Notes: a model not told the origin generated them from the letters alone. Numbered from the stretch's first letter, positions 1 to 15,534 are shown. The stretch: DNA of 64,000 bases from Oscillospiraceae bacterium (GCA_015065585.1 SVQC01000003.1:1363-65362); one strand, 5' to 3'. Program-made: numbers and translations.

Positions 1-5593
<5,593 letters not shown>

Positions 5594-5751
5594 AGGTTTT
5601 CAATCACTCCTCTAATATTTTACGGCCTTTTAACCGCGAAGAAAAACCTTTACAATGAGGACTAAAGCTTATCATAAACACATACTTATAAACATAAATA
5701 TGTATAAGATAGCCATAATACCCCATCATTAGCGAATATTTATTATATTAT

Positions 5752-5780
5752 ACATTTCAACATTAGTCAAGAGTTTTTTT
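5752..5780 (-). promoter_or_regulatory. Putative sigma-A promoter for rpoBC (TTGACT-17 bp-TATAAT)
   Basis: Minus strand reads TTGACTaatgttgaaatgtataaTATAAT, about 160 nt upstream of the rpoB ATG and just downstream of the preceding gene's terminator. Confidence 0.5.
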
Positions 5781-5808
5781 ACATATTTTACAAAAAATAG
5801 AAAAATTT

Positions 5809-5835
5809 AAACCGCCTGAATAAATCAGACGGTTT
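5809..5835 (-). terminator. Intrinsic terminator after the lipoprotein PPIase gene
   Basis: The minus-strand hairpin AAACCGTCTGA-TTTAT-TCAGGCGGTTT is followed by a T-rich tail, immediately after the stop at 5843. Confidence 0.6.
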
Positions 5836-5842
5836 TATGTTC

Positions 5843-6850
5843 TTATTTTACTTTTGCAATTTCCAAAAGTTTATCATAAATGGTTTCATAAACCAAGATA
5901 TATTCTACGAAATTTTTACCGTAATGTTCTATAACCTCAGCTTCGGTAGCGCTATTATCCGTTGCCAAAGCATTTACCTTTTCATTGAAAGCTTCCTTAG
6001 TAACGGTAAGCTTTAAAGCATCAAAAACAGCATAGCTTATTATTTCATCTTTAAGAATTTCATTTTTAAACTGGTCCTCAGTCATGCCGTTTTCAGAAAG
6101 GAGGTCGGCAAATGTCATCGAATAGGAAGAGGCGTACTGTGTGTAATAGTCCTTATGGTAGCTGTAGCAGTTTCCTTCCTTATCAGGCGGAAGCTCTTTT
6201 ATAGTAGACTTGGTGATAAGTTCATTATAAACAAAAGCCTTAATAGTTCTTTCCTTTAAATCTTCCTTGTATTTTTCAGCATTCTCAAAGCCCGCCTTTT
6301 TCGCAAACTCATCATTTATTTCCTTAAATTTACGGGAAATATTATTTACCTTAACGGTAAACACAGCCTTTGCACCGCTAAGCGTAATGGTCTTTGTCTG
6401 AGTTTCAAGGTCGGTAGAGTCACCGTAATCCGAGGGAAAGGTGACATTAACGTCAACAGTTTTTCCAACCTCAACACCAATAAGCTGAGATTCAAAGCCC
6501 TCAATAAATGTACCAGAGCCGATTTCAAGGTCATAATTTTCTGCAGTACCGCCGCTAAAAGCAACACCGTCAACCTTACCGGCATAATTGATATTAGCAA
6601 TATCGCCATTTTCAATCTTACCGTCTTGTACTTCATAAGTATAAGAATTAAAATCGGAATTTAAAATATTAGTTTCCATTTCCTTATACTCTTCGCTCTG
6701 CGTGTCTACAACTATGTTTTCAAGGTCAACAAGGTCAACATACTTTTCAAGACCTTTAACGTAGTTTTCTCTGTCATACTTCTCACCACATCCACACAAC
6801 GCAGTAGTGATTAATAAAACTGTAAGCGCTATAGAAATTATCTTTTTCAT
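5843..6850 (-). CDS. Lipoprotein with trigger-factor-like FKBP-type peptidyl-prolyl isomerase domain
   Basis: The N-terminus MKKIISIALTVLLITTALCGCG is a signal peptide plus lipobox. The core GKVDGVAFSGGTAENYDLEIGSGTFIEGFESQLIGVEVGKTVDVNVTFPSDYG resembles the trigger factor PPIase domain. Confidence 0.75.
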   Translation of the reverse strand: MKKIISIALTVLLITTALCGCGEKYDRENYVKGLEKYVDLVDLENIVVDTQSEEYKEMETNILNSDFNSYTYEVQDGKIENGDIANINYAGKVDGVAFSGGTAENYDLEIGSGTFIEGFESQLIGVEVGKTVDVNVTFPSDYGDSTDLETQTKTITLSGAKAVFTVKVNNISRKFKEINDEFAKKAGFENAEKYKEDLKERTIKAFVYNELITKSTIKELPPDKEGNCYSYHKDYYTQYASSYSMTFADLLSENGMTEDQFKNEILKDEIISYAVFDALKLTVTKEAFNEKVNALATDNSATEAEVIEHYGKNFVEYILVYETIYDKLLEIAKVK

Positions 6851-6866
6851 TTTAATTTCCCTTTCA

Positions 6867-7991
6867 TTATTTATTATCAGAAAGCTGTCCCGTAGAAGCA
6901 GCCTTCAGGTAAGCATTAATAAATCCGTCAATATCACCGTCCATAACGGCGTTTATATTTGAATATTCAAAGCCGGTACGGTGGTCTTTGGCAAGAGTAT
7001 AGGGCATAAACACATAAGAACGTATCTGAGAGCCCCAGGCAATTTCCTTTTGAACACCTTTGATGTCCTCTATCTTATCAAGGTGCTCCCTTTCTTTTAT
7101 CTCAACCAATTTGGATTTTAACATACGAAGACATGTATCTTTATTCTGAAACTGACTTCTCTCGGTCTGACAGGCAACCACAATTCCCGTAGGCAAATGT
7201 GTTATACGTACAGCCGAGGAGGTTTTGTTAATATGCTGACCACCTGCACCGCTTGAACGGTAGGTATCAATCTTTAAATCTTCTTCCCTGATATTAATTT
7301 CCACATCATCGGTTATTTCGGGCATAACCTCAAGGGAAGCAAAGGATGTATGTCGGCGCCCCGAAGAATCAAAGGGTGAAACACGCACAAGCCTGTGAAC
7401 ACCGTGTTCGCTTTTCAAATACCCATAAGCGTTTAAACCTTCAATAGTGAGGGTAGCGCTTTTAAGGCCAGCTTCATCTCCATCAAGAAAATCAACAAGT
7501 GAAGTTTTAAAGCCGTGACGCTCAGCCCATCTTGTAAAAAGACGGACAAGCATCTGATTCCAGTCTTGCGCCTCAGTACCGCCAGCACCTGCATGGAAAG
7601 TAAGGATAGCGTTATTTTTATCATACTCGCCTATAAGCAAGGTTTCAAGCTTTTGAGATTCAAGATTTTTCTCATATAAGTCTATGTCAGAAACAATGTC
7701 CTCAAGCATAGACTCGTCTTCTTCCTCGTCAGCCATCTCGATAATCACTAATATATCATCATAGGCACTGACAAGCTTATCATAAGCTTCTACCTTATTT
7801 TTAAGAGCGCCAAGCTTTTGCAAAACCACCTGAGAGCTTTCAGGGTCGTCCCAAAAGGAATTCTCGGCTGTTTTATATTCAAGCTTATCTATTTCCAATT
7901 TAAGCGAATCGTAAGAAATAGCATCCTTAAGGTCAACCATTTCCCCATGGTGCGCCGTAATACGCTGCTTAAGTTCTTCGAAAACTAACAT
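6867..7991 (-). CDS. prfB: Peptide chain release factor 2 (encoded in one continuous frame)
   Basis: SPF motif (RVSPFDSSGRRHTSF) and GGQ motif (SGAGGQHINKTSSAVRITH). AAGGAG RBS sits inside the prmA 3' end. Confidence 0.95.
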   Translation of the reverse strand: MLVFEELKQRITAHHGEMVDLKDAISYDSLKLEIDKLEYKTAENSFWDDPESSQVVLQKLGALKNKVEAYDKLVSAYDDILVIIEMADEEEDESMLEDIVSDIDLYEKNLESQKLETLLIGEYDKNNAILTFHAGAGGTEAQDWNQMLVRLFTRWAERHGFKTSLVDFLDGDEAGLKSATLTIEGLNAYGYLKSEHGVHRLVRVSPFDSSGRRHTSFASLEVMPEITDDVEINIREEDLKIDTYRSSGAGGQHINKTSSAVRITHLPTGIVVACQTERSQFQNKDTCLRMLKSKLVEIKEREHLDKIEDIKGVQKEIAWGSQIRSYVFMPYTLAKDHRTGFEYSNINAVMDGDIDGFINAYLKAASTGQLSDNK

Positions 7992-7993
7992 AG

Positions 7994-8917
7994 TTACTCC
8001 TTTATTCCAATAGCAAAAGCATACCAGTTATCTCTGGTAATTTCTTCAATAATATAAAAACCGAAATCGTCAAAGGCTTTTTTTACTTCTGCTGCTCTTG
8101 TATCAATAATACCAGATGCAATAAGTACAGCGCCGTCTTGCATATAATCTGCTACATTTTCTAGCAGTCTTATAATAACGTCGGCAACGATATTAGCACA
8201 AACTATATTAAACTTACCGTTGACTTTTTCGGCAAGGTCCCCGTGAATAAACTGTGTCAAGGCATCAGCCTTGTTCATTACGGCGTTTTCCCTTGCAACC
8301 TTAACTGAGGCTTCATCAATATCGGCACCCACCGCTTCAGCCTCGCTTAAAAGAGCACCTGCTATTGCAAGTATACCACTACCGCAACCGATATCAAGAA
8401 TCTTATCTTCCCTTTTTATGTATTTTTCAAGAAGTTCAAGACAAAGAGAGGTTGTAGCGTGTGTGCCCGTTCCGAAAGCAGCGCCGGGATTAATCTTAAT
8501 AATACTTCTGTTGTCAAGGTTATCATATTCTTCCCAGGCAGGAACAACAGCAAGGCGCTGTCCGATTTCTTTTGTATGAAAAAACTTTTTCCAATATTCG
8601 TTCCAGTCAATATCTGCAACAGTATTAAAGGAAACCTCAAAGTTTATTTTCTCTGCCGTAAGGCATTCCTTTAAATATTCAAGATGCCCCGTAAAATCCT
8701 CATCCTTATTTGCATAAATATGAATAAGAGCAACATTTCTGTCTTTAGCAATAAGCTGCTCATCAATAAGGTCGATGTGGGCAATTTCAATTGCCTGACT
8801 TTCAAGGTCTGAATAATCCTCAATATATATACCGTAAGGTACGGTCATATTTGCTATAGCCGCCGCCGTTTCACATCGGTTTGTCGGAACTTTTACTGTA
8901 ATTTCAAGCCAATCCAT
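7994..8917 (-). CDS. prmA: Ribosomal protein L11 methyltransferase
   Basis: 307 aa with the typical PrmA N-terminus (MDWLEITVKV) and the SAM-binding motif ILDIGCGSGILAI. Confidence 0.92.
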   Translation of the reverse strand: MDWLEITVKVPTNRCETAAAIANMTVPYGIYIEDYSDLESQAIEIAHIDLIDEQLIAKDRNVALIHIYANKDEDFTGHLEYLKECLTAEKINFEVSFNTVADIDWNEYWKKFFHTKEIGQRLAVVPAWEEYDNLDNRSIIKINPGAAFGTGTHATTSLCLELLEKYIKREDKILDIGCGSGILAIAGALLSEAEAVGADIDEASVKVARENAVMNKADALTQFIHGDLAEKVNGKFNIVCANIVADVIIRLLENVADYMQDGAVLIASGIIDTRAAEVKKAFDDFGFYIIEEITRDNWYAFAIGIKE

Positions 8918-8984
8918 AACATTCTCCTAAACACATATGTACTATTGTAACACAAAGAGTGAGATTTGAAAAGAGTTTTTTATA

Positions 8985-9013
8985 TTGATTTATTTATTTT
9001 GTTATAGTATAAT
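8985..9013 (+). promoter_or_regulatory. Putative sigma-A promoter (TTGATT-17 bp-TATAAT) for the P-type ATPase
   Basis: TTGATTtatttattttgttatagTATAAT lies 28 nt upstream of the ATG at 9041. Confidence 0.5.
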
Positions 9014-9040
9014 TTAATAAATTATTCGTGGGGGTATATT

Positions 9041-11671
9041 ATGATTTACCATAGTAGCAAAACTGAGGATATTATTTCCTACTTTAATGTCGATGAAAAC
9101 AAAGGTCTTCCTGCCGGTGTAGCCGACCAACGCCTTGAAGAATACGGAAATAACATAATCAGTAATAGTAAGAAATTCTCTTTAAAGGAAGCTTTATTAG
9201 CTCAGCTTTCTAATCATATAAATATCATATTGCTGATAAGCGCCGTTTTGTCTCTTACAGTTAATATTGTATACAGCAGAAATTGGTACTCCCCTATTCT
9301 TATATTTTTAATGTTGATTATAAATATTTCAATAACGGTTATTTGCCGTAAAGAATCTTCTGAAATTGAAGAGTCCATTAAGACAATGAATTCGCCTAAA
9401 GTTAAGGTGTTGCGCGATTCTATTATTAAAACTATTGACGCTTCCCTTGTTGTTCCCGGCGATATATTAATTCTTGAAACAGGAGATTACATAGTTGCCG
9501 ATGCACGAATAATAACCGCGGTGGATTTCCGCTGTAACGAAGTATCTCTTACCGGTGAGGATATTGCCGCCGAGAAAAATGCTTCACTTATATTTGACGA
9601 CATTACCCCTATTAATGAGCGTGCAAATATGGTCTTTGCCGGAAGTTGTGTTGTTACGGGACATGCAAAAGCTATTGTTACCGAAACTGCTATGAACACC
9701 GAAATCGGTAAAACCGTTACTCTTCTTGAAGTAAATAACTCCAAAGAATCATCATTAACTGAAAAACTGACTGCCTTTGGCAAAGCCTTAAGCGGCATCT
9801 TCAGTATCTTATGTGCTATCACTTTTATACTTAGCGTTGTACTGAGCTTAGGTAGTGACGAAAAATTTGCCGTTACTCTTATAGACAGCCTGATTAACTG
9901 CGTAGTGCTTCTTATCAGTATACTCCCCGACGGTCTGCCTGTCACCGCCACCGTCGCCGTAGGATATGCTACAAGACGTCTAGTTAAAAAAGGTCTTATA
10001 ATAAAGGACTATAACGTTTTTGACGTTCTCCCCGAAGTTTCTGTTATATGCTCCGATAAAACCGGCACTTTAACTCAGGATAATATGCAGGTTGAAAAAA
10101 TTTTCAACGGCAAGGAAATTATTGACGAGAAGGATGCTTACAACGATACTCCGTCAGTAATGATTTTGCGCCTTGCCTCCCTTTGTACCTGTCAATCTAA
10201 GGATGATATTGATACTCCTATGTATAATGACGCTACCGAACTTGCTATTATTGATACCTATAGCAAAAGTGTCGGCTCTGACCAGCAGGACATATATAAT
10301 CACTATCCATGCCTTTGCAAAATTCCATTTGATGCCGAACGAAAGGTGACCCTTACCGTTAACCTTATCGATGGTGTTCCTTACGCTATTGCCAAAGGTG
10401 CTCCCGACTATCTTCTTGCTCAGTGCAAAAATGTCGATAGTGAACTTATAGGTAAAACAGTTGATGATTTTGCCGCACTCGGTATGCGTATAATTGCCGT
10501 CACCTACCGCCCCCTTGCCCAAATCCCGACTAATCCCGATTATTCTATAATTGAGGACGGTATGAGTTTTGCCGGTCTTATAGCCCTTAGTGACGCGCCT
10601 CAGGTGGAAAGCATTTCTCTCGTTGAAGAATGTGACAACGGTGGAATCCGTACCATTATGATAACAGGAGACCATGCCGTAACTGCAAGAGCCGTTGCTC
10701 GAAGGCTCGGCATACTCAAAAACGGCACCGACGTTATAACCGGAGAAGAACTTGCCGAAATGAGTGACCAAGAATTTTATTTGGCTATAGATAATTATTC
10801 TGTTTTCGCCCGCTTGCTTCCCGACCAGAAATTAAGAATTGTAGAAACCCTCAAAAGTAAAGGCCACACCGTCGCGATTACCGGTGACAGCGTAAATGAC
10901 GCCCCTGCCCTTAGCCTTGCCGACGTAGGCATTGCTATGGGTACTAAAGGCACCGACGTTGCACGAGGCAGCGCCGACATTATAATGAATAATAACCGCT
11001 TTGCCTCTATCATCAGCGCGGTTAACACCGCTATCGGCTTTTTCGGCTGTATCAGAAAATCTCTTACATATATACTCAGCAGTAATATCGGCGAATTTTT
11101 CTCGATTCTCATTTGCCTTTTTATTTCAGGCCGTTTCCCCCTAGCCGCCGCGCCCTTGCTTTTTATCAATCTTGTTACTGATATTTTCCCCGTGCTCTCG
11201 GTCATTTCTGACGGTATAAAAGAACACAAGCCGATGCATATTTTCACCACCGAAGACAAGGCTATGTTTACAACCCGTTCTAAGACTATACTTTCTGTTC
11301 AGTCGGCTATTATAGCTTTAGTTTCAGTTACTGCTTACTGTATTGGTCTGACCGTTAGCCAAACTGTTGCCACTACTATGCTCTTTGCCACATTAATATT
11401 TTCTCAGTTTATCAATATGATAACCGTAAAATTTGAAGACTTTTTCTTCAAGTTTAATCACTTCTCTAACCTCACGGTTTCGGTACTGCTCGGTTGCTTT
11501 GTTTTGCTTATTTGCCTGCTCACCTTAACTCCTGCCGGACAAATTTTCTCCCTTACCGCTATTTCCTTCGGTAATCTTATGACGGCAATACTCCTTTCTT
11601 CTGTTGTCTTTCTTTCTGGCGAACTGGTAAAACTCAGCTTTGCGCTATATACTCGCTTTAATAATAACTAA
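9041..11671 (+). CDS. Cation-transporting P-type ATPase (type II, Ca2+-ATPase-like)
   Basis: 876 aa with the phosphorylation motif CSDKTGTLTQ, MITGDH, the hinge TGDSVNDAPAL and multiple TM segments at both ends. Confidence 0.9.
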   Translation: MIYHSSKTEDIISYFNVDENKGLPAGVADQRLEEYGNNIISNSKKFSLKEALLAQLSNHINIILLISAVLSLTVNIVYSRNWYSPILIFLMLIINISITVICRKESSEIEESIKTMNSPKVKVLRDSIIKTIDASLVVPGDILILETGDYIVADARIITAVDFRCNEVSLTGEDIAAEKNASLIFDDITPINERANMVFAGSCVVTGHAKAIVTETAMNTEIGKTVTLLEVNNSKESSLTEKLTAFGKALSGIFSILCAITFILSVVLSLGSDEKFAVTLIDSLINCVVLLISILPDGLPVTATVAVGYATRRLVKKGLIIKDYNVFDVLPEVSVICSDKTGTLTQDNMQVEKIFNGKEIIDEKDAYNDTPSVMILRLASLCTCQSKDDIDTPMYNDATELAIIDTYSKSVGSDQQDIYNHYPCLCKIPFDAERKVTLTVNLIDGVPYAIAKGAPDYLLAQCKNVDSELIGKTVDDFAALGMRIIAVTYRPLAQIPTNPDYSIIEDGMSFAGLIALSDAPQVESISLVEECDNGGIRTIMITGDHAVTARAVARRLGILKNGTDVITGEELAEMSDQEFYLAIDNYSVFARLLPDQKLRIVETLKSKGHTVAITGDSVNDAPALSLADVGIAMGTKGTDVARGSADIIMNNNRFASIISAVNTAIGFFGCIRKSLTYILSSNIGEFFSILICLFISGRFPLAAAPLLFINLVTDIFPVLSVISDGIKEHKPMHIFTTEDKAMFTTRSKTILSVQSAIIALVSVTAYCIGLTVSQTVATTMLFATLIFSQFINMITVKFEDFFFKFNHFSNLTVSVLLGCFVLLICLLTLTPAGQIFSLTAISFGNLMTAILLSSVVFLSGELVKLSFALYTRFNNN

Positions 11672-11673
11672 AT

Positions 11674-11707
11674 AAAACAGGTTTTCATTTTTATGAAAAC
11701 CTGTTTT
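11674..11707. terminator. Bidirectional intrinsic terminator between the ATPase and uvrC
   Basis: Perfect 15-bp stem AAAACAGGTTTTCAT-tttt-ATGAAAACCTGTTTT with A/T runs on both sides. It overlaps the uvrC stop codon. Confidence 0.85.
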
Positions 11708-13523
11708 ATTTTCTGAAATAATTATATATATTTTCTGCGGTTTCTTTATTTATACCCCCTATGGTGCAAAGGTCATTAACCGTTGCTTTTTTTATCGCCT
11801 TTAACGACTTAAGGTTTCTATAAAGCTCAGCCGCCCTCTTTTCACCTACTCCGTCAATTTTCAAAAGTTCACTTTCCAGCATACTTTTGCTCTTTCTCTG
11901 CTTATGATACGTTATGGCAAAGCGATGGGTTTCATCCTGAATATTTGTAACAAGAGCATAAGCGCGTCTTGTAGCTTTTATTGAAATATCCTCCCCCGTT
12001 GTTGCTATAGCACGAGTCTTATGCTTTGAATCCTTAACCATACCAAAAACAGGAACTTTAATATTTCTTCTGGACAACACCGGCAATACTGCCGATATCT
12101 GACTGCTTCCTCCGTCAAGCAGTATTAGGTCAGGCATACGTGAAAAAGCGGTGTCTTCCTGCTTTTCGTATTCCTTCATACGACGGTCAATCACCTCTGA
12201 CATCGACCTATAATCGTCTTGTCCTATAAAGCTTTTTATCTTAAATTTTCTATAATTAGAGCGTAATGGTCTTCCGTCATAGAAAACTACCATAGAAGCG
12301 ACATTTTCATCTCCCGCCGTATTTGAAATATCGTAAGACTCAATGTATCTGGGCGGTTTTTCCATACCAAGCAAGCACCCGAGTTCACTGACAGCTGAGG
12401 TTTCTTTACCCGTTCTTTCTATTCTTTTAGAAAGGTTTTCCGCTGCGTTTCTGAGGCTCATATCTAAAAGTTCTTTTTGTTCTCCACGGCTTGGAACTAA
12501 GAAAGACACCTTACTCTGCCTCTTATCCGATAACCACTTTTCGATGGTCGCGCTGTCTTCCGGCAAAATATCCACGGTTATACTTGCGGGGATATCATTA
12601 CAGTCGAAATATAGACGCGGTATAAACTCGCCGTAAATTTCAGCAGTTTTTCTGTCATCCTCAAAAATAAAATTTTCTTGGTCAATAAGGTTAGAGTTTC
12701 TAAACTTCAATTTATTAATACAAATAAGTTCTCCTACTCTTGCCACCGCAAAAACATCCTGATTTTTATGAATTACCGAAACAACTCTTTGCTTTTCTGT
12801 AAGCTTTAAAAGAGCATCAATACGGTCTCGGAGCTTAGCTGCATATTCAAAGTTAAGCTCTTCAGCCGCATTATTCATTTTAGTCTTAAGCTCGTCAATA
12901 TCCTTATCCCCAAAGCCGCCCTTTTTAATAAAATTTACAGCGGCATTAACCGATTCAAGATATTCTTCATTACTCATTTTGCATCTGCATGGCGCAGCGC
13001 AAATCCCTATATGATAATTAAGGCAAGGTTTACTGGGTTTGTCAAAGGAACGGTTGCAGTTGGGAAGTTTAAAAACCTTAAGGGCTTCATCCACCGCTTT
13101 TTTTACGGCAGTTCCAGAATTATATGGTCCGATATATTTACCGTCCTTCGTTTTAAGCTTAACCGCCTCTATTTTAGGCCATTTGTCATCGCTGATTTTA
13201 ACGTAATGATAACCCTTATCATCCTTTAAGAGAATATTATATTTAGGCTGATGCTGTTTTATAAGCGAGTTTTCAAGAATTAAGGCTTCAAATTCAGTAT
13301 CACAAAGAATATACTCAAAATCTGCTACGTTCTCCACCATTTTACGAACCTTAGAGGTATGATTAAGGTTGGACCCGAAATACTGTGTCACTCTGTTTTT
13401 AAGTGCTTTGGCTTTACCCACATATATAACTGTGCCTTTTTTGTCTTTCATTATATACACACCTGGAGCAAGCGGTAATGAATTTGCTTTTTTCTTAAGT
13501 ACCGTTCTCGTATCCACAGTCAT
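11706..13523 (-). CDS. uvrC: Excinuclease ABC subunit C
   Basis: 605 aa with an N-terminal GIY-YIG domain (PGVYIMKDKKGTVIYVGKAKALKNRV), a UvrBC-interaction region and a C-terminal HhH. Confidence 0.95.
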   Translation of the reverse strand: MTVDTRTVLKKKANSLPLAPGVYIMKDKKGTVIYVGKAKALKNRVTQYFGSNLNHTSKVRKMVENVADFEYILCDTEFEALILENSLIKQHQPKYNILLKDDKGYHYVKISDDKWPKIEAVKLKTKDGKYIGPYNSGTAVKKAVDEALKVFKLPNCNRSFDKPSKPCLNYHIGICAAPCRCKMSNEEYLESVNAAVNFIKKGGFGDKDIDELKTKMNNAAEELNFEYAAKLRDRIDALLKLTEKQRVVSVIHKNQDVFAVARVGELICINKLKFRNSNLIDQENFIFEDDRKTAEIYGEFIPRLYFDCNDIPASITVDILPEDSATIEKWLSDKRQSKVSFLVPSRGEQKELLDMSLRNAAENLSKRIERTGKETSAVSELGCLLGMEKPPRYIESYDISNTAGDENVASMVVFYDGRPLRSNYRKFKIKSFIGQDDYRSMSEVIDRRMKEYEKQEDTAFSRMPDLILLDGGSSQISAVLPVLSRRNIKVPVFGMVKDSKHKTRAIATTGEDISIKATRRAYALVTNIQDETHRFAITYHKQRKSKSMLESELLKIDGVGEKRAAELYRNLKSLKAIKKATVNDLCTIGGINKETAENIYNYFRK

Positions 13524-13624
13524 ACCTCCTTTTGTTTTTTCTAATTATATTTTATACTTATCCTTTTTTATTTTCAAGAGTTGATTTTTTAAGTATTTAG
13601 TATTAAAATCTATATGGTGAGTTT

Positions 13625-13945
13625 ATGCATAAAATTATAAATATAATTTTCATACTGTTAATTTTTTGTGCCGGTTGCAAAAAAATCGAAGAATTTACCC
13701 CACCTGATTATCCCGTAATCGTAGCACCTGACGATAAAGCCGAAGCTACAGCCGACGGGTATAAGGAAATAACGGCGCAAGGTGACCAAAATATTGTATA
13801 CTATGTTAACAAAGAAAGTAAAAAAATTCATCTACCCGATTGCCGTTATGCCAAAATGATGAGCGAAGATAAGGTCTTACTTGAGAAAGATTACGAAAAT
13901 TTACTTATAAACGGTTATACTCCATGTGGAGTCTGCAAACCGTAA
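13625..13945 (+). CDS. Small lipoprotein with C-terminal Cys motif (C-x31-CGVC)
   Basis: MHKIINIIFILLIFCAGCKK is a signal peptide plus lipobox. The C-terminus reads HLPDCRYAK...YTPCGVCKP. I recognise no family beyond that. Confidence 0.55.
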   Translation: MHKIINIIFILLIFCAGCKKIEEFTPPDYPVIVAPDDKAEATADGYKEITAQGDQNIVYYVNKESKKIHLPDCRYAKMMSEDKVLLEKDYENLLINGYTPCGVCKP

Positions 13946-13961
13946 GAAGAGGTATTCTAAT

Positions 13962-14672
13962 ATGTCAATAATTAAGTGTACTAACTTATCCATTGGTTAT
14001 AACGATAGGATAATTCAGTCCAATCTAAACTTTGAAATAGGTGAAGGCGATTACCTTTTTATTATCGGTGAAAACGGAAGCGGCAAAAGTACGCTTATTA
14101 AAAGCTTACTAGGCTTGCAAAAGCATATTTCAGGTGAAATCAAATATTGTGATAATTTAAAGAGTAATCAGATAGGTTACCTTCCCCAAAGCAGTAATAT
14201 CAGTCCTGATTTTCCTGCAGGTGCTATGGAAATCGTTTTATCAGGTTGCATAAATAAGCTTGGACTAAAGCCCTTTTATTCTGCCAAAAATATCAGAAAA
14301 GCAAAGCACAATATGGAGCTTATGAAAATTGACCACTTAAAAAATGAAAGCTTTCAGAAACTTTCGGGCGGTCAACAGCAAAGAGTACTTCTTGCCCGCG
14401 CGTTAACCTCAGGCAGTAAAGCTTTAATACTGGACGAGCCTGTTACGGGGCTTGACCCCATTGCCACTTCTGATATGTACAGCCTTATTGAAACTATAAA
14501 CAAAGAATACCGCGTTGCCGTTATTACTGTTTCTCATGATATTAACGCCGCTTTTAAATACGCATCACATATTCTACATTTATCTGATAGCGGTGTATTT
14601 TTTGGAACAAAGAATGAATATAGAAATAGTAAGTTCCATAAAAAGTTTTACGGAGGTGGAATATATGACTGA
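13962..14672 (+). CDS. ABC transporter ATP-binding protein (ZnuC / metal-type)
   Basis: Walker A GENGSGKST, signature LSGGQQQR and Walker B LILDEP. I prefer the ATG at 13962 (MSIIKCTNL) with an upstream AAGAGG RBS over the 13926 ORF start. Confidence 0.88.
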   Translation: MSIIKCTNLSIGYNDRIIQSNLNFEIGEGDYLFIIGENGSGKSTLIKSLLGLQKHISGEIKYCDNLKSNQIGYLPQSSNISPDFPAGAMEIVLSGCINKLGLKPFYSAKNIRKAKHNMELMKIDHLKNESFQKLSGGQQQRVLLARALTSGSKALILDEPVTGLDPIATSDMYSLIETINKEYRVAVITVSHDINAAFKYASHILHLSDSGVFFGTKNEYRNSKFHKKFYGGGIYD

Positions 14673-15492
14673 TTTTTTTGAACTTTTCACCTATTCTTTT
14701 ATGCTCAGGGCTCTTGTAGTCGGCACTCTTATTTCCCTTTGTTCTGCACTTCTTGGTGTCAGCCTTGTACTAAAAAAATACTCCATGATAGGCGATGGAC
14801 TTTCCCATGTTGGTTTTGGTGCTTTGGCTATCTCCGCTGCGCTAAACCTTTCACCCCTTGCCGTATCAATACCTATTGTTATTATAGCCTCTATACTTCT
14901 TTTAAAGGTATCTTCAAACAAAAAATTAAAGGGCGACTCGGCTATTGCAGTAATATCTACATCTGCTCTTGCCATTGGCGTTATCATTGTTTCGGTAAGC
15001 GGCACTAATACCGACCTAAACAACTATATGTTTGGAAGTATACTTTCCTTGAGTTCTACCGATACAGTAATGGGTATAGCTGTTTCCGTTATAGTAACGT
15101 TAATGTTTATATTGTTTTACCACCGCATTTTTGCCGTTACCTTTGACGAAGAATTTGCCGTAGCTACCGGAACTAACGTAGGACTATTTAATATTTTAAT
15201 CGCAATCCTAACCTCAGTAACGGTAGTAATTGGTATGAGAATAATGGGAACGCTTCTGGTTTCAAGCCTTATCATCTTCCCACCGCTTAGTGCCATAAGA
15301 CTTTGCGATACCTTTAAAGTAGTAACAATAGCTTCCGCAATAATTTCGGTTATATCCTTTATATTAGGACTAACCCTTTCCTATATTTTATCTTTCCCCA
15401 CCGGCGCTACGGTAGTTGTAACCAACCTAACGGTTATGCTCTGTTGCTTTATCTTTAAAGTTTTTAAGGATAAAATAAAAAGAAAGAAATAA
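14665..15492 (+). CDS. ABC transporter permease (ZnuB / ABC-3 family)
   Basis: Polytopic membrane protein that resembles metal-type (ZnuB/MntB) ABC permeases by composition. I prefer the ATG at 14665 (MTDFFELFTYSF) after GGAGGTGG, overlapping the ATPase stop (ATGACTGA). Confidence 0.85.
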   Translation: MTDFFELFTYSFMLRALVVGTLISLCSALLGVSLVLKKYSMIGDGLSHVGFGALAISAALNLSPLAVSIPIVIIASILLLKVSSNKKLKGDSAIAVISTSALAIGVIIVSVSGTNTDLNNYMFGSILSLSSTDTVMGIAVSVIVTLMFILFYHRIFAVTFDEEFAVATGTNVGLFNILIAILTSVTVVIGMRIMGTLLVSSLIIFPPLSAIRLCDTFKVVTIASAIISVISFILGLTLSYILSFPTGATVVVTNLTVMLCCFIFKVFKDKIKRKK

Positions 15493-15503
15493 TTAAATAT
15501 ACT

Positions 15504-15534
15504 AAAAAATCCAAGTCAAAAGACTTGGATTTTT
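15504..15534. terminator. Bidirectional intrinsic terminator
   Basis: AAAAAATCCAAGTC-aaaa-GACTTGGATTTTT lies between the convergent permease and oxidoreductase genes. Confidence 0.8.

Noticed and set aside
6867-7991. I looked for the programmed +1 frameshift site (CTT TGA C) usually present early in prfB.
   Set aside because: The RF2 frame is continuous from the ATG at 7991 through the region aligned with the usual shift site (..DLKDAISYDS..). A substantial minority of bacteria encode RF2 without the frameshift, so this is not anomalous.
9041-11671. The TGDSVNDAPAL hinge (Ser instead of the usual Gly in GDGxNDxP) in the P-type ATPase, considered as a sign of inactivation.
   Set aside because: DKTGT, TGD and the remaining hinge residues are intact. 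Single substitutions at that position occur in functional P-type ATPases.
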